This document shows positions 32,201 through 42,803 of a stretch of DNA of 64,000 nucleotides, one piece after another. Under the pieces are notes generated by a model. The model made no database searches, was not told where the DNA came from, and saw only the letters and a list, made by a program, of their open reading frames with translations. How positions within the stretch are numbered: position 1 is the first letter of the stretch; each line of letters starts with the position of its first letter. This DNA comes from Candidatus Moanibacter sp. (GTDB lineage: Bacteria; Verrucomicrobiota; Verrucomicrobiia; Opitutales; UBA2987): NCBI GenBank assembly GCA_965215885.1, contig CBDCEW010000099.1:1-64000 (forward strand). Reading direction: 5' to 3'. The position numbers and the translations under genes were made by a program.

Positions 32201-33532
32201 TCAAAAATCATAGCTTATTACTCTCCCTTCAGAAGTGGTTACGCTTATGCGTGTTGTATTCGTGGTTACGACAATTTCTTCGTATATTTCATCCTGAACT
32301 CTTTGTACTGCGGAGATATAATCCCGGTTTCCCACAATCTGGTTCAAGCGTACGGACTGAATACCGGTGTCTAAAATATACCGCTGTGCCGCTGACACGA
32401 TCATTCGCAGATTGTTCAATACATTTCGATCCTTTGCTTTCGTTTTGTTTTCGGCTGTCATTCTGTTGGTAAGAAAACGATCGTATAGTTCTGAATCGGA
32501 GATCTTATTGCTTAACGCGTTCCCTAGATCCTGGTCGGTTTCATAGATTTTCATTGCGATGGTGTACGCAGCCATATCCGTATCCGGGGAAGCAGATTGC
32601 CTGTTGATCCAATCGATTGCCTCGTTCAAATCCCCAGAATTGATCCAAGCTTGAACAGCTATTTCAAGAGAATTGGATCTGATGCTTTCGTCGTCGATCG
32701 AAACCGCCCAATCCGCTACTTCAAGCGGGCTGTTTTCGACCCAATCAGCTACATAAGTGTAGAGGGACGTTAATCTTATTGGACCTTCTGGTAACTCATT
32801 GATCCACTCGCCAACCGCATTGGGCTCGTATTGCACCCATTCTGAAACGATATCGCTGATAAATCGATATTGAGTGTATTGGTCATCTAGCGAAAGAATT
32901 CGGGCGGCTACTTCCTTGTAGTGGTCATTCTTAATTGAAGCGTTCACATAAATGCCGAGCCCGCGTCTTTGATTCTGAAAGACAATCCAAGTCCAGCAAG
33001 ACTCGGGGTCCTGTTGGGCCCAACCGGATAGGGCAGCGGAGTACGCCCTCTTCGAAATTTTGTCACCGTCCCTCACTATCAGATTCATCGCCCGCTCACC
33101 ACCAGCCACTCCCAATTGCCGCCACAGCGCGGATTCGACCTCGTCTCGACGATGGGAAGGTGGCCAACTATCAAGGCGTTTCAGTTGGGCAAGGGCGGCG
33201 TCGAAGTCCAAGGTCGATACAGTTCGGTCGGACAGAAAATCGCTCTCGGCGGAATGTTCCTTATCCAAAACCGCTTCCAAGTTCGCAGATTCGAGCAACG
33301 TTGCAGAGTCGTTTAAGTCTTTTCTATCGGGAGGAACTGTTTTTTTCTGGATCGACGGTACGAGGACTCTGACTTTAGGATTAATCTGCGAGGCAGAAGC
33401 TAAGTCTGCAGCTTTGTTCTCAATTCCTGTGCGCTCGGCGTTCTTCCGTCCGAACCAGAAGGCAATACACACGAATCCCAGTGTTCCAGTCAGGAATGCT
33501 AATGAAATGATTAGGTGTCTCACTGTTCGCAA
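32201..33532 (-). CDS. membrane-anchored helical-repeat protein with a C-terminal pilin-like domain
   Basis: N-terminal TM, repeated W..(D)P..A..W helical units, and a C-terminal VLNNLRMIVSAAQRYILDTG. Confidence 0.6.
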   Translation of the reverse strand: MRTVRHLIISLAFLTGTLGFVCIAFWFGRKNAERTGIENKAADLASASQINPKVRVLVPSIQKKTVPPDRKDLNDSATLLESANLEAVLDKEHSAESDFLSDRTVSTLDFDAALAQLKRLDSWPPSHRRDEVESALWRQLGVAGGERAMNLIVRDGDKISKRAYSAALSGWAQQDPESCWTWIVFQNQRRGLGIYVNASIKNDHYKEVAARILSLDDQYTQYRFISDIVSEWVQYEPNAVGEWINELPEGPIRLTSLYTYVADWVENSPLEVADWAVSIDDESIRSNSLEIAVQAWINSGDLNEAIDWINRQSASPDTDMAAYTIAMKIYETDQDLGNALSNKISDSELYDRFLTNRMTAENKTKAKDRNVLNNLRMIVSAAQRYILDTGIQSVRLNQIVGNRDYISAVQRVQDEIYEEIVVTTNTTRISVTTSEGRVISYDF

Positions 33533-33858
33533 TCAGAGGGTTGTATTAGTGTGAGGTCAAGAGACACGGAATTGGATCGAAAATGGGCTAGGATAATTTT
33601 CCGATTCCGCTGAAGAACCCCACGTTCTTGCGAACGCGGCTACTTTGCTCCGTAAGTCTTTGATATATGCAGAGGCGTTCGCGAGGACGTGGTCGCGGAT
33701 ACCAAAAATACGACTTTTTTAGTAGAATCTCCTTTTGCAGTTTACAAGCGGGTGAAATGTTGGCTGTGACCACGGCAGACGGCCTAGAATTCGGCGGATC
33801 AGTTAGACGGATTGGTCGATTGCCGTTCGAATTGGACTTTGAGACAGAGATTTTCGAG

Positions 33859-34383
33859 CTATCCGGCGTTCTCTCTCCTGTATTCGTCGACGAACCACTG
33901 GAGGAGTTTCTCCGCCGCGACATAGATATGGGCAGTCCCGTTAGTCACCCCAAGAATTGTGCGCTCCCATGTCGGTGCATAGATTGAAATAAGGTGTTCA
34001 GTAGACCTTTCCAGGGCGATTTTTTCCTGCAATTCCAATCGGGCCGAGTAGAGATATCCCGAAGTTCCAGAGAGTTTTCCTATCAGTACCTTGAATTCGA
34101 GAATGGGAGAGCCGGGTGCGGCAGAGAGCTCTTCCTCCGAATAAATCGGAACTTCAGCTTTCTGAAGCGCTTGGCGCATGATATCAATGAGAGGGCCTTT
34201 TCTCAGCCCGAACTCCGTGGCGGCAGATGGTAAGTCGGCTACATCGACGCCGACACCCGGGAGGTCCTGCAAAGAGCTTAGAGACACCGCACAGAGTTGA
34301 TCCGTCAATCCAATTCCCTGTATCACTACGACCAACAGGAGATACCGCAATTTCCAAGCCAAAGATACAGTTTTCAAATGCAT
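33859..34383 (-). CDS. hypothetical exported protein
   Basis: A 174-aa ORF coupled to the upstream HAD gene, with a hydrophobic N-terminus. Confidence 0.6.
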   Translation of the reverse strand: MHLKTVSLAWKLRYLLLVVVIQGIGLTDQLCAVSLSSLQDLPGVGVDVADLPSAATEFGLRKGPLIDIMRQALQKAEVPIYSEEELSAAPGSPILEFKVLIGKLSGTSGYLYSARLELQEKIALERSTEHLISIYAPTWERTILGVTNGTAHIYVAAEKLLQWFVDEYRRENAG

Positions 34384-35075
34384 TAATTTCCAGGCAAGAG
34401 TGCCGGAAGATCGGATAGGGTTCGTATTGTAGAGGGATCAGCAGAAGCCCGCTTTGGGTCCAGGATGAGGTAATTCCAATTCGCCGATGCAGCGCCCGCT
34501 GCGTCATGGATTCGGCTGTCTCCGACGTGGAGGATCTCTTCAGGCTCGACTGAGAGTCTTTCTTCGACATGTCGGAATATACGGAGATCCGGTTTCTCAA
34601 AGCCCACTTCACTCGATAGGAACAGCTCCTCAAAAAAAGCGTCGATTTCCAAATCCGCGAAGACCTTGCGAAAACGGCTGTCGGAATTGCTCAGGAGGGC
34701 GAGACGATAGCGACGCCTCTGGAGAGTGCCGAGTGTCCTTCCTGCGTCCGGAAGTGTTCGCCATCGCGAAGCTGACGCAAAGGTATCGTATATCTCTTCA
34801 AAGACAGCGGGAAATCTCTCCTTCGGGCAGAAATTGCCAATCGTATCCCAAACAATTCCGCTCCAGAACTCCTTCTCCGTTTCTTCGTTAATGTTTTCAC
34901 GGACTCTTGATTGTGCACCTCTTAGTGCCTCGTGAAATAGTCGATCGATTTCCGCCGGATCCACATTGACGCCATGACCGCGCAACACTTCGGCGTAGCC
35001 TTCGCCGACCGAAGGATGTGGGATTATGAGCGTTCCGGCGGCGTCAAATGTCACAACTTTGATATTTTGAAACAT
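34383..35075 (-). CDS. HAD-superfamily hydrolase (IA)
   Basis: Motifs FDAAGTL, LSNSD, EKPD and HVGDSRIHD. Confidence 0.93.
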   Translation of the reverse strand: MFQNIKVVTFDAAGTLIIPHPSVGEGYAEVLRGHGVNVDPAEIDRLFHEALRGAQSRVRENINEETEKEFWSGIVWDTIGNFCPKERFPAVFEEIYDTFASASRWRTLPDAGRTLGTLQRRRYRLALLSNSDSRFRKVFADLEIDAFFEELFLSSEVGFEKPDLRIFRHVEERLSVEPEEILHVGDSRIHDAAGAASANWNYLILDPKRASADPSTIRTLSDLPALLPGN

Positions 35076-35158
35076 TGTTGATAGTTATTCGTCGAAATAC
35101 GAACAATCCGCCGTCAAGCTAACACCATAAGAGATGCACCTCGGGGATGTTAGGAATT

Positions 35159-36175
35159 CTATGTCCGGCAGATTCCTGACTCCAATTCCTCTAAACATTC
35201 GAATACTTTTTTGGGCTGAATCAGCGCCATGCAAGGCGACTCTTCGAGACAGGAATCGACGGCCAAAGGGCAGAGACAGCGAGGGGCGGAAAGATTTCTG
35301 TGTTTCGGCCCAAGGGGCGCCCAGCGACTTCTCTCAGAAGGCCCGAAGAGGCTCAAAGTAGGCACTCCCAATCCGGCAGCGAAGTGCAGTGGGCCGGTGT
35401 CGGCGGAGATAAATAGATCGGCTTCCTTTATGACTGCGAGAAAGAGGTCGAGCGAATCGATCCTGGGAAGTATCTTCGAAGAGGGCTCTAATCGCGCGAT
35501 TTCTCGGGCGAGCTCCCTCTCTCGTTCGGTGGGACCACTGGAGAAGCTTATTCCCCTACCAGACTCTTTCACCAGCTGGTGGAATTCAACCCAGTGGCGG
35601 AGCGGCCAGTCTTTCTTGGGCTGTCTCGTAGAAACATGGCAGACGATTCGGTTTTCCCCAAGCATCTGTCGCGCTTTGGAGGCGAGAGAGCGATCGGAGA
35701 CAATATCTATCTCCGGCTGAAGGGGCGACCTCGCGCCAAGTTGGGCGGCGATGTGCAGGTTTCGGCGAATTTCGTTTTCGGTCAGAGGCAACTCCTGGAT
35801 TCTCCTTCGGTAACAGAACCTCCTGCACAGGAAGCCGCGCGGGGCGACCGGACCGAGCCTATTATTTGCTCCCGAGAGCAGGGTGAGAATTGCGCCGCGA
35901 TCGTTACCCACAAAATCGATTGCGGTATCGAATCGCTCCCGGCGTATTGCTCTAATGATAGGACACGAGGCCTTGACGGCGATTTTTCCACGAACCCGGG
36001 GGAATTGCCATATTCTGTCGATCCAAGGCAAAAATTTGAGGATGGGTACCGCATCTTCTGCCACCGCGACATGTAAAGCGACTCCCGGAAAAGTATCCTT
36101 GATAGACCGAAACGCGGGAATAGTAACGGCGACATCGCCCAGGAATTTAAACTTGATGGCAAGGATTTTCCTCAT
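35159..36175 (-). CDS. glycosyltransferase family 9 (LPS heptosyltransferase-like)
   Basis: Motifs FLGDV, ISADTGPLHFAAGLGVP and LFGPS. Confidence 0.9.
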   Translation of the reverse strand: MRKILAIKFKFLGDVAVTIPAFRSIKDTFPGVALHVAVAEDAVPILKFLPWIDRIWQFPRVRGKIAVKASCPIIRAIRRERFDTAIDFVGNDRGAILTLLSGANNRLGPVAPRGFLCRRFCYRRRIQELPLTENEIRRNLHIAAQLGARSPLQPEIDIVSDRSLASKARQMLGENRIVCHVSTRQPKKDWPLRHWVEFHQLVKESGRGISFSSGPTERERELAREIARLEPSSKILPRIDSLDLFLAVIKEADLFISADTGPLHFAAGLGVPTLSLFGPSERSRWAPLGPKHRNLSAPRCLCPLAVDSCLEESPCMALIQPKKVFECLEELESGICRT

Positions 36176-36193
36176 CGCCCGAAGGGTAGTCCT

Positions 36194-37924
36194 TCAGAAT
36201 CCCTTCTGTTTGTCATAGACGTTGCGGTAGAGGGGGCAGCGGTCGTATAGATCCCGATGGGTGCCCTTGTCGATCATACGGCCGGCGTCAAAGACGAGAA
36301 TCTCGTCGACAAGCTGAATGGTGCTGAAGCGGTGAGCGATGATGAATACAGTTTTGCCCAGGAGGAGCTTCTGGAGGGCTCGTTGGACAAAGCTCTCGCT
36401 TTCCGAATCGAGGGCGGAGGTGGCTTCGTCGAGTATCAGTATCGGTGCATCCTTGAGAAATGCCCGCGCAAGGGCGATGCGTTGAATCTGACCACCGGAA
36501 AGCCGAGTTCCGCGATCACCGACCACGGTGTGATAGCCGTCTTCCATATTTTCGATGAAACCGTCAGCGTAGGCATTGTGGGAAGCGTCGAAAATCTCCT
36601 GTTCGGTGGCTTCGGGACGGCTCAACAGGATGTTGTTATAGATGGTGTCGTCAAAGAGAACAGGATCCTGCGCGACAAGAGCGATTTGTCGGCGTAGTCC
36701 TGATAGTTGGATACCCCGAAGGTCGTGGCCGTCGAGCTTAATGGCGCCTGAGTTGATTTCGTATAACCGTAGCAGGAGGTTAATAAATGTAGATTTTCCT
36801 GCGCCACTTGGTCCAACCAGGGCATACGCTTTGCCCGCTTCCAGGGCACAGTTTAAATCTTTCAAAACAGGTGCGTTCCCGTAGCGGAAATTGACGTCGA
36901 CGAGGCCGAATTCTCCTTTGCAGGAATTCAGGGGAATGGCGTCCGGTCGGTCCTGAATCACCACCGGTTCTTGAATGATCTCCTCCATCCGCTCCAGGGA
37001 AGCGAGGCCCCGTTTCAATTCACCACTCACCACGCCCAGTTTCTTAACCGGATCGTAGGCGAAATAGAGCGCAATAACAACCGGTATGACATCATTCAAC
37101 GTCACACCGACACGTCGTGCGTAAAAGATGGCCAGGGCGATCCCCACTGATGTGATAAATTCGATACTGGGAGTTATCGCTTTGAGATGCTTGACCACGA
37201 CAATTTGCAGATCGAGGTATTTTCGGACGAGGGTTGCGAATGCCGTCTGCTGTTGACTCCCAAGATCGAAAGCGCGCACATCTTTGGCGGCGGACAGGTT
37301 TTCCCGCACGAATTCTGTCACGGCGCCGAGTTCCCGCTGCATATCTCTGGCCCGCAAATGAAGCTTTCTGGCGATGAAGCGGATGGGAAAGACGCAAACC
37401 GGCACCATGAGAAGAAAGAGGAGAACTATCCCGATTCCCTTGGTGACAAAGGCCATCCATATAAGGAAGGAAATAGATGCGAGGAGGGTAATCGGTTGAA
37501 TGATGAGATCGTTGGAAACGCGGATAATCGTCTCCTGAAGAATCTGCGTATCATTCATGGTGCGGCTGAGAAGATCCCCGGCGCTATGCCTCTCGAAGAA
37601 ACTGAGGTGCAGTTCCTGCAGCTTGCGAAACATTTGCAGGCGCATTTTTTCAAGAATCCGGACGCCGCAATAAGCGATGAGATAGGCATTGGCAAATCCG
37701 GCAAGAGAACGAATAGCGAAGGCGAGGGGAAGTTGACCGACGATGAGGAAGAGTACCCAGTTTGTGACTTCCAATTCTCCGTAGAGTTTGGGTAGAATCT
37801 CTCTCAGAACATAGGCGAGACCGAAGCCACTCATACCGGCGTATACGAGGCCACAGGCGAGCGCGCCAAAAAAGTGAATTTTCAGCGTATTGAGGAGCGC
37901 AAAATATGGCAGGAGCTTCTTCAC
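36194..37924 (-). CDS. msbA: MsbA-like ABC exporter
   Basis: TMD plus NBD (GPSGAGKST, LSGGQ, ILDEATSALD) within an LPS gene cluster. Confidence 0.8.
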   Translation of the reverse strand: MKKLLPYFALLNTLKIHFFGALACGLVYAGMSGFGLAYVLREILPKLYGELEVTNWVLFLIVGQLPLAFAIRSLAGFANAYLIAYCGVRILEKMRLQMFRKLQELHLSFFERHSAGDLLSRTMNDTQILQETIIRVSNDLIIQPITLLASISFLIWMAFVTKGIGIVLLFLLMVPVCVFPIRFIARKLHLRARDMQRELGAVTEFVRENLSAAKDVRAFDLGSQQQTAFATLVRKYLDLQIVVVKHLKAITPSIEFITSVGIALAIFYARRVGVTLNDVIPVVIALYFAYDPVKKLGVVSGELKRGLASLERMEEIIQEPVVIQDRPDAIPLNSCKGEFGLVDVNFRYGNAPVLKDLNCALEAGKAYALVGPSGAGKSTFINLLLRLYEINSGAIKLDGHDLRGIQLSGLRRQIALVAQDPVLFDDTIYNNILLSRPEATEQEIFDASHNAYADGFIENMEDGYHTVVGDRGTRLSGGQIQRIALARAFLKDAPILILDEATSALDSESESFVQRALQKLLLGKTVFIIAHRFSTIQLVDEILVFDAGRMIDKGTHRDLYDRCPLYRNVYDKQKGF

Positions 37925-39888
37925 AAGAGATCTTCTACGGCTCGCAGCACAGCGTCGGGGGAGACCTGGTTAATCGGCATTCCACCGGTTGATGGGCATC
38001 CGGGAGGCTGAATTATTCTCGAAGGGGCATCAAATATCGGACCTGTTCTTATCGGATTGGTGGGCCCGAAAATCCCAACGATCGGCACGCCTAACGAGTT
38101 TGCGAGATGCATTCCACCTGTGTCATTACTGACCACGATGCTACACCGAGAGAGGCGCCGAGCGAATTCAAGCAAGTCAGTTTTTCCGGCGAAATTGGAC
38201 ATGCGCTGGCATGGAAAACCCTGTGCGACCACTTCAGTCACCACCTGATCAGAAGGAGAGCCAAATAGGTTAATATGCATATCGGTGTAGCGCGTAGTGA
38301 GCGACTCGACAAGCTTCCGCCAATGCCCGACCGGCCATCTCTTGGCGGGTTGGTTTTCAGACCCACAGATGAGCCCAATATTAGGAGCTTCTCTTTGCTG
38401 GTTAAATTCGGGACCAGAATCGCACTCGAATCTGACAGGAGATTTTCGGATCTCCTCATTGAGCCCAAAATGCCGCAAATAACTCTCCCAGACCTGAGTT
38501 TGATGGACCTCATCCTCATCTAATTCGGCCGGTATTTTCCACACATTTGAAAGAAGAGGCCGCATCTTTCCACTTCGTTGAATTCCGAACCGCTGCGGGC
38601 AGCCTGTCAACCAGGCTTCGAGGTCACCCGAAATTGAGTTCGTGAAGAGTAAAATGGTGTCGGGATACGCTTTTCTAAACCTTAAGAATGATAAAAAGTA
38701 GGAGAGCGGGTTTCTACTCCGCGGGAGTGCGATAAAGTCTTCCCCCAGACCGGTTGCCTGGAGGAAGGGAATATAGCGCGGCTGGGCCAGCAGAGTAAGC
38801 GCTGCGTCTGGTCTCCCTTTTCTAATCGCGCGAAGAAGAGGAATCATCATGGCGAGATCACCCAGCCAATTGGGTGTGCGAATCCAGAAACGAGTGTCTC
38901 TAGGCAACTCTTCCCACCCCCTTTCGGTGCGATCTTCTTCAAGAAGATTTCTCCTGTTTTGGAGTCGAAGACGGCGAGCTGGTGCGACCTGGTTATTCCA
39001 GCGCCTGTGAATCCAGAACCAGTTGGCAATCTGGTCCTCGTGGCTACGGAGGTAGTTTTCGAGCCAACGGTTAGCAGCCAGAGTAAGATTGACCTCTTCG
39101 TCCGCACGAGCCAGAATCTCGAGGTGGAGTTCCGCTCTCCAGAATGAAATTCTCCTCGGAAAGGTAATCGCGGCAGGGACTTTGAGATTGTGGAAGAGAA
39201 TTTGCGGGAGATCCGTTGCTGAAGCGACGCGTCCGAAAGAGGTGATCAGGCTACCAACGTCACCCGCATTCTGATCAAACGGTATGCTGACCCAGCCTCC
39301 CTTGCGTATCATGGTAACAGCGCTGCTGTATCCTTTCTTGCGAGAGAGCAGTTTAGCGCCGAAGCGTTCGCGAGTTCGCTTGATCCACGCATCGAGGTGT
39401 CTGTTGTCGAGGGGTCGATAGATGTCGCCGAGAGGGGGAAAATGCGCGTGTAGGAGCGGAATATAGGTCAACACTTCCATAAGAATGAAATGAGGAACTA
39501 AGGCGATTCCTCCCCGATTCTTCGCTTCGAGTTCTTCTATAGCCTCGCGCGCGGCTTCTGAAAGCGTAAGTATTTTTTCCGCCCTCGACCTGGAAAAAAA
39601 CGGAGAAGCGAGAATAAACAGGCCCATTTCGGCAGTCCGGTTGCAGGTCAACCGCGCAATCTTTTGGCGCCAGACCTCAGGCCTATCGGGAAAAGCGTGA
39701 TGGAGATTTGAGAAGATGACATGACGCCGGCTCCTGAGAAAGATATATATCAGGCAACCTCCGAAGTAAGAGATGACTTTGACAGCAGATTCGGGAAGCG
39801 TTGCTGTAATTCGACCAACGGTCTTTAATAGTAGTACGAAGAACACGGAATAGAGAGAAAGTTTGCGGCGGTGAGTAATAGGGTTCAA
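37921..39888 (-). CDS. fused lipid A late acyltransferase (LpxL-like) and heptosyltransferase (WaaF-like)
   Basis: N-half: PHFILME, YRPLDN, PFDQNAG, WFWIHRRW. C-half: RTPNWLGD, AKRWP, VSNDTGGMHLA. Confidence 0.85.
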   Translation of the reverse strand: MNPITHRRKLSLYSVFFVLLLKTVGRITATLPESAVKVISYFGGCLIYIFLRSRRHVIFSNLHHAFPDRPEVWRQKIARLTCNRTAEMGLFILASPFFSRSRAEKILTLSEAAREAIEELEAKNRGGIALVPHFILMEVLTYIPLLHAHFPPLGDIYRPLDNRHLDAWIKRTRERFGAKLLSRKKGYSSAVTMIRKGGWVSIPFDQNAGDVGSLITSFGRVASATDLPQILFHNLKVPAAITFPRRISFWRAELHLEILARADEEVNLTLAANRWLENYLRSHEDQIANWFWIHRRWNNQVAPARRLRLQNRRNLLEEDRTERGWEELPRDTRFWIRTPNWLGDLAMMIPLLRAIRKGRPDAALTLLAQPRYIPFLQATGLGEDFIALPRSRNPLSYFLSFLRFRKAYPDTILLFTNSISGDLEAWLTGCPQRFGIQRSGKMRPLLSNVWKIPAELDEDEVHQTQVWESYLRHFGLNEEIRKSPVRFECDSGPEFNQQREAPNIGLICGSENQPAKRWPVGHWRKLVESLTTRYTDMHINLFGSPSDQVVTEVVAQGFPCQRMSNFAGKTDLLEFARRLSRCSIVVSNDTGGMHLANSLGVPIVGIFGPTNPIRTGPIFDAPSRIIQPPGCPSTGGMPINQVSPDAVLRAVEDLL

Positions 39889-40008
39889 GTTGGAATTCAG
39901 CCTGCGGAGTTCCCTCTAATCCGGAAGACTCATTAGAATTCCGGGCTAAATTACGTAAGAGCACAGAAGATTCTCCGAAATTTGTGAGAAAAGCGGGCTA
40001 AGAGCAAT

Positions 40009-40950
40009 ATGCAGGAGATTCTTATCATCAAGCCGTCCTCCCTCGGGGATATCGTGCACGGACTTCAGGTAGCCCAGTCGATAAAGACGCAGATGGTGAA
40101 ATGTAGAATCACCTGGGTAGTGAAGGAGATATTTTCTCCACTGATACTGTTGTGTGAGGCGGTCGATGACTGCATAATATATCACCGCCATGGCGGATTG
40201 AGGGGGTTTGTCGGATTGCTGAAGGAAATACGGAAGAGACCGTGGGATGTCTTGATTGATATGCAGGGTCTCGCCCGAACCGGAGTGATGACAGGCGCGG
40301 CTCGGGCCGTGCGCAAGATTGGACGATCGGATTCCCGCGAAGGAGCGGCAATCTTTTATCGCGAAAAGGCACCTTTGCCACAGAATGGTCGCAAGCACGC
40401 ATTAGAGATATTGTTGGAGTTCTTGCCTCTTCTCGATCTGAATAGAGAGCTGTGTGGTCCGTTGGAATTTGGGGAGAAACCTGTGGAAAGTCTTGATAGT
40501 GAGATTCTCAATCAGCGGGCCGTTGTTATGTTTCCGGAAAGCCGCCGCATGGAGAAAACCTGGGATGGTTTTTCGACTCTCACAGAACAACTGCTGAGGG
40601 AATCCGAAAAGGAGCTGATTGTCTGGGCAGGAAGCGACCAGATGCCGGACCCATCGGAATGCTTACCGAGCCGTTTTTTCAACCTGACGGGAAAAACAAA
40701 TCTTGTAGAGTTAGTCGCTTTGATCAAAGAAGCGAAAGTCGTCGTCTCAAACGATAGTGGTCCCATGCATCTCGCGGCTGCATTGGAGATTCCCGTGGTG
40801 GCCTTGTTTGGCCCGACTTCACCGGAGCGATTTGGACCCTACCCGCTCGATTCTCCCCGAAATCGTGTAATTCGCGCTCCGGAGGGCAAGCTCAGAGAGC
40901 TTGGAGTCGATGAAGTGTTTCATGCCGTTTCAAGCATTGTATTACCGTAA
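40009..40950 (+). CDS. glycosyltransferase family 9 (WaaC-like)
   Basis: Motifs IKPSSLGDIVH, DMQGLART and SNDSGPMHLAAA. Confidence 0.9.
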   Translation: MQEILIIKPSSLGDIVHGLQVAQSIKTQMVKCRITWVVKEIFSPLILLCEAVDDCIIYHRHGGLRGFVGLLKEIRKRPWDVLIDMQGLARTGVMTGAARAVRKIGRSDSREGAAIFYREKAPLPQNGRKHALEILLEFLPLLDLNRELCGPLEFGEKPVESLDSEILNQRAVVMFPESRRMEKTWDGFSTLTEQLLRESEKELIVWAGSDQMPDPSECLPSRFFNLTGKTNLVELVALIKEAKVVVSNDSGPMHLAAALEIPVVALFGPTSPERFGPYPLDSPRNRVIRAPEGKLRELGVDEVFHAVSSIVLP

Positions 40951-41284
40951 ACTTGCCAACCAGGTTTTAAATCTCGAGCCGCTTACGGTAGTTCGTTGGT
41001 CGCTTAGTTCAGAAAACCGACTGCGAAGTCGGAGGCGGCGTTTAGCGCGACCATCGACTACGGTTACGACGACATTCGAGTGAGCGTCCACCCAATCCTA
41101 ATCGTAGTCGAACATCGAAAGTACGACTTTTTCAGCAGAATTAAATGTAAAAGTACGAAGACTCTGAATATGGGCATTTTCGAAAACGAAGCAGAATAAT
41201 AGGAATATAGTCCTAATAGTTCTTATATAATTAGTATTGTATTACTATAAATCTTAATATTCATAGGAATATAATACTGACAAT

Positions 41285-42641
41285 ATGGAAGATCTATTCT
41301 CACTCAGTCGCAGCTTTGGTCTACCAGCTTGACGAGGGGCGGCGGCGGCTATTGGGCGTTTCTGACAACCTCAAGCGCAACGGTTACACATCGAAGCTCT
41401 TCTGACAAAAAAGCGGGACTATCACCCGGCGAAGCTATCTGCAACTGTCTGGAGGCATACATCATCCGTGCTGGAGAAGCGGCAAAATTTCGGATCCAAT
41501 CTCTCGATTCTCATCGGAGCACGAGGGGTTGCGAAAAACGACCGCAATTAACTGGTTTCAGTTTATGTTGTCGAACTTTGAGCAGGATGCTTTAAGCGAG
41601 AAAATGCTCTACGTTCCGGTGGACCATTTCCTGGTAGGCCAACGTACGTTATACGAGATTACAGAAGATTTTGATCGCATTGGCGGACAACTCATCTGCT
41701 TTGATGAGATTCACAGATATTCAAACTGGTCTCGTGAACTGAAGAGTATTCATGATTCGTTCCCGAGGTTAAAAGTAATCGCATCGGGGAGTTCGGCACT
41801 TGAGGTACATCGGGGCAGCCACGATTTGACGCGTCGCGCGATCGTATACCACCTTCCTGGTCTGTCCTTTCGAGAGTTCCTTGAGCTCACGCTAAATCTG
41901 GACTTGCCGGTGCTTTCGATCGAAGATCTGGTACAGAATCATCGAGCGCTGTCGCATAGGGTCATTGAAACTGTAGAGGGAGTTGGCCATAGAATTCTTG
42001 CTCTTTTCTACCGATTTTTGAAAAGCGGTTATTATCCGCATTTTTTGGAGTTTGGTGATGACGAGACTCTTTACTTTATTACCCTTGAACAAGGGATACA
42101 TACGGCTATCGATAGTGACCTATTGACCGTGCATCCCACGCTGTCAGGCGCAAGCGTTCAGAAGATAAAGCGACTCTTGGCGTTTATCGCTCAATCAGTT
42201 CCCTTCAAGCCGGACATGGTGAAACTGAAGCGGCTCCTGGGAATCGGTGATGAGCGGACTTTGAAGACCTACTTGAAGTATCTGGAAGATGCAGCCATCA
42301 TCCGGTCTTTGTACAGTGAAGGCAAGAGTCTCGACTCTTTGAATAAGCCTGAGAAACTCTACCTAAATGACACGAATCTGGCCTATGCTTTGGGAAGGGA
42401 TAGGATTGATCCGGGCAATCAGCGAGAGACTTTTTTCTTCAGTGCGGTTTCGCCCGTGAGAACAGTTTCTTACGCTCGCGTTGGTGACTTCAGAATTGAC
42501 GACTTCGTCTTCGAAATTGGAGGGAAAAGCAAAAGTATGCAAGGGATTGAAGACATTGAACGCTCGTTCCTCGCCCTTGACGGTCTTGAAGTCGGTTACG
42601 GGCGGAAGATTCCACTCTGGCTTTTTGGTCTGCTCTACTAG
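41285..42641 (+). pseudogene. AAA_14/DUF4143-type ATP-binding protein with a disrupted N-terminus
   Basis: It starts MEDLFSLSRSF, followed by about 180 bp of foreign sequence, then ILIGARGVAK/TT (Walker A, frameshifted at A5 41534-41538), FDEIHRY, SGSS, KPEKLYL and FEIGGK. Confidence 0.75.
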
Positions 42642-42783
42642 CAGCCAGTTGGTCTTGTTCGAACTCTTTTCATTCCCGGCTTGCCGGGACTAGAGGAATC
42701 TGTCGGTCTTATCTGGGTCGGAACGTCGATTTGTCACTCCCGGCGTGCCGGGATTAGGAATTCTAAGTCCGACAGATTCCTAG
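42638..42783. mobile_element. two abutting CTAG-bounded family B-like MITEs
   Basis: CTAGCAGCC...GCCGGGACTAG is followed by CTAGAGGAATCTGTCGG...AAGTCCGACAGATTCCTAG. Confidence 0.7.
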
Positions 42784-42803
42784 CCTTAAGAATAAGTGAG
42801 GGA

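Noticed and set aside
41140..41284. AT-rich stretch as an origin or regulatory array
   Set aside because: It is probably just the ATPase promoter (TATAAT near 41270), with no iterons or DnaA-box cluster.
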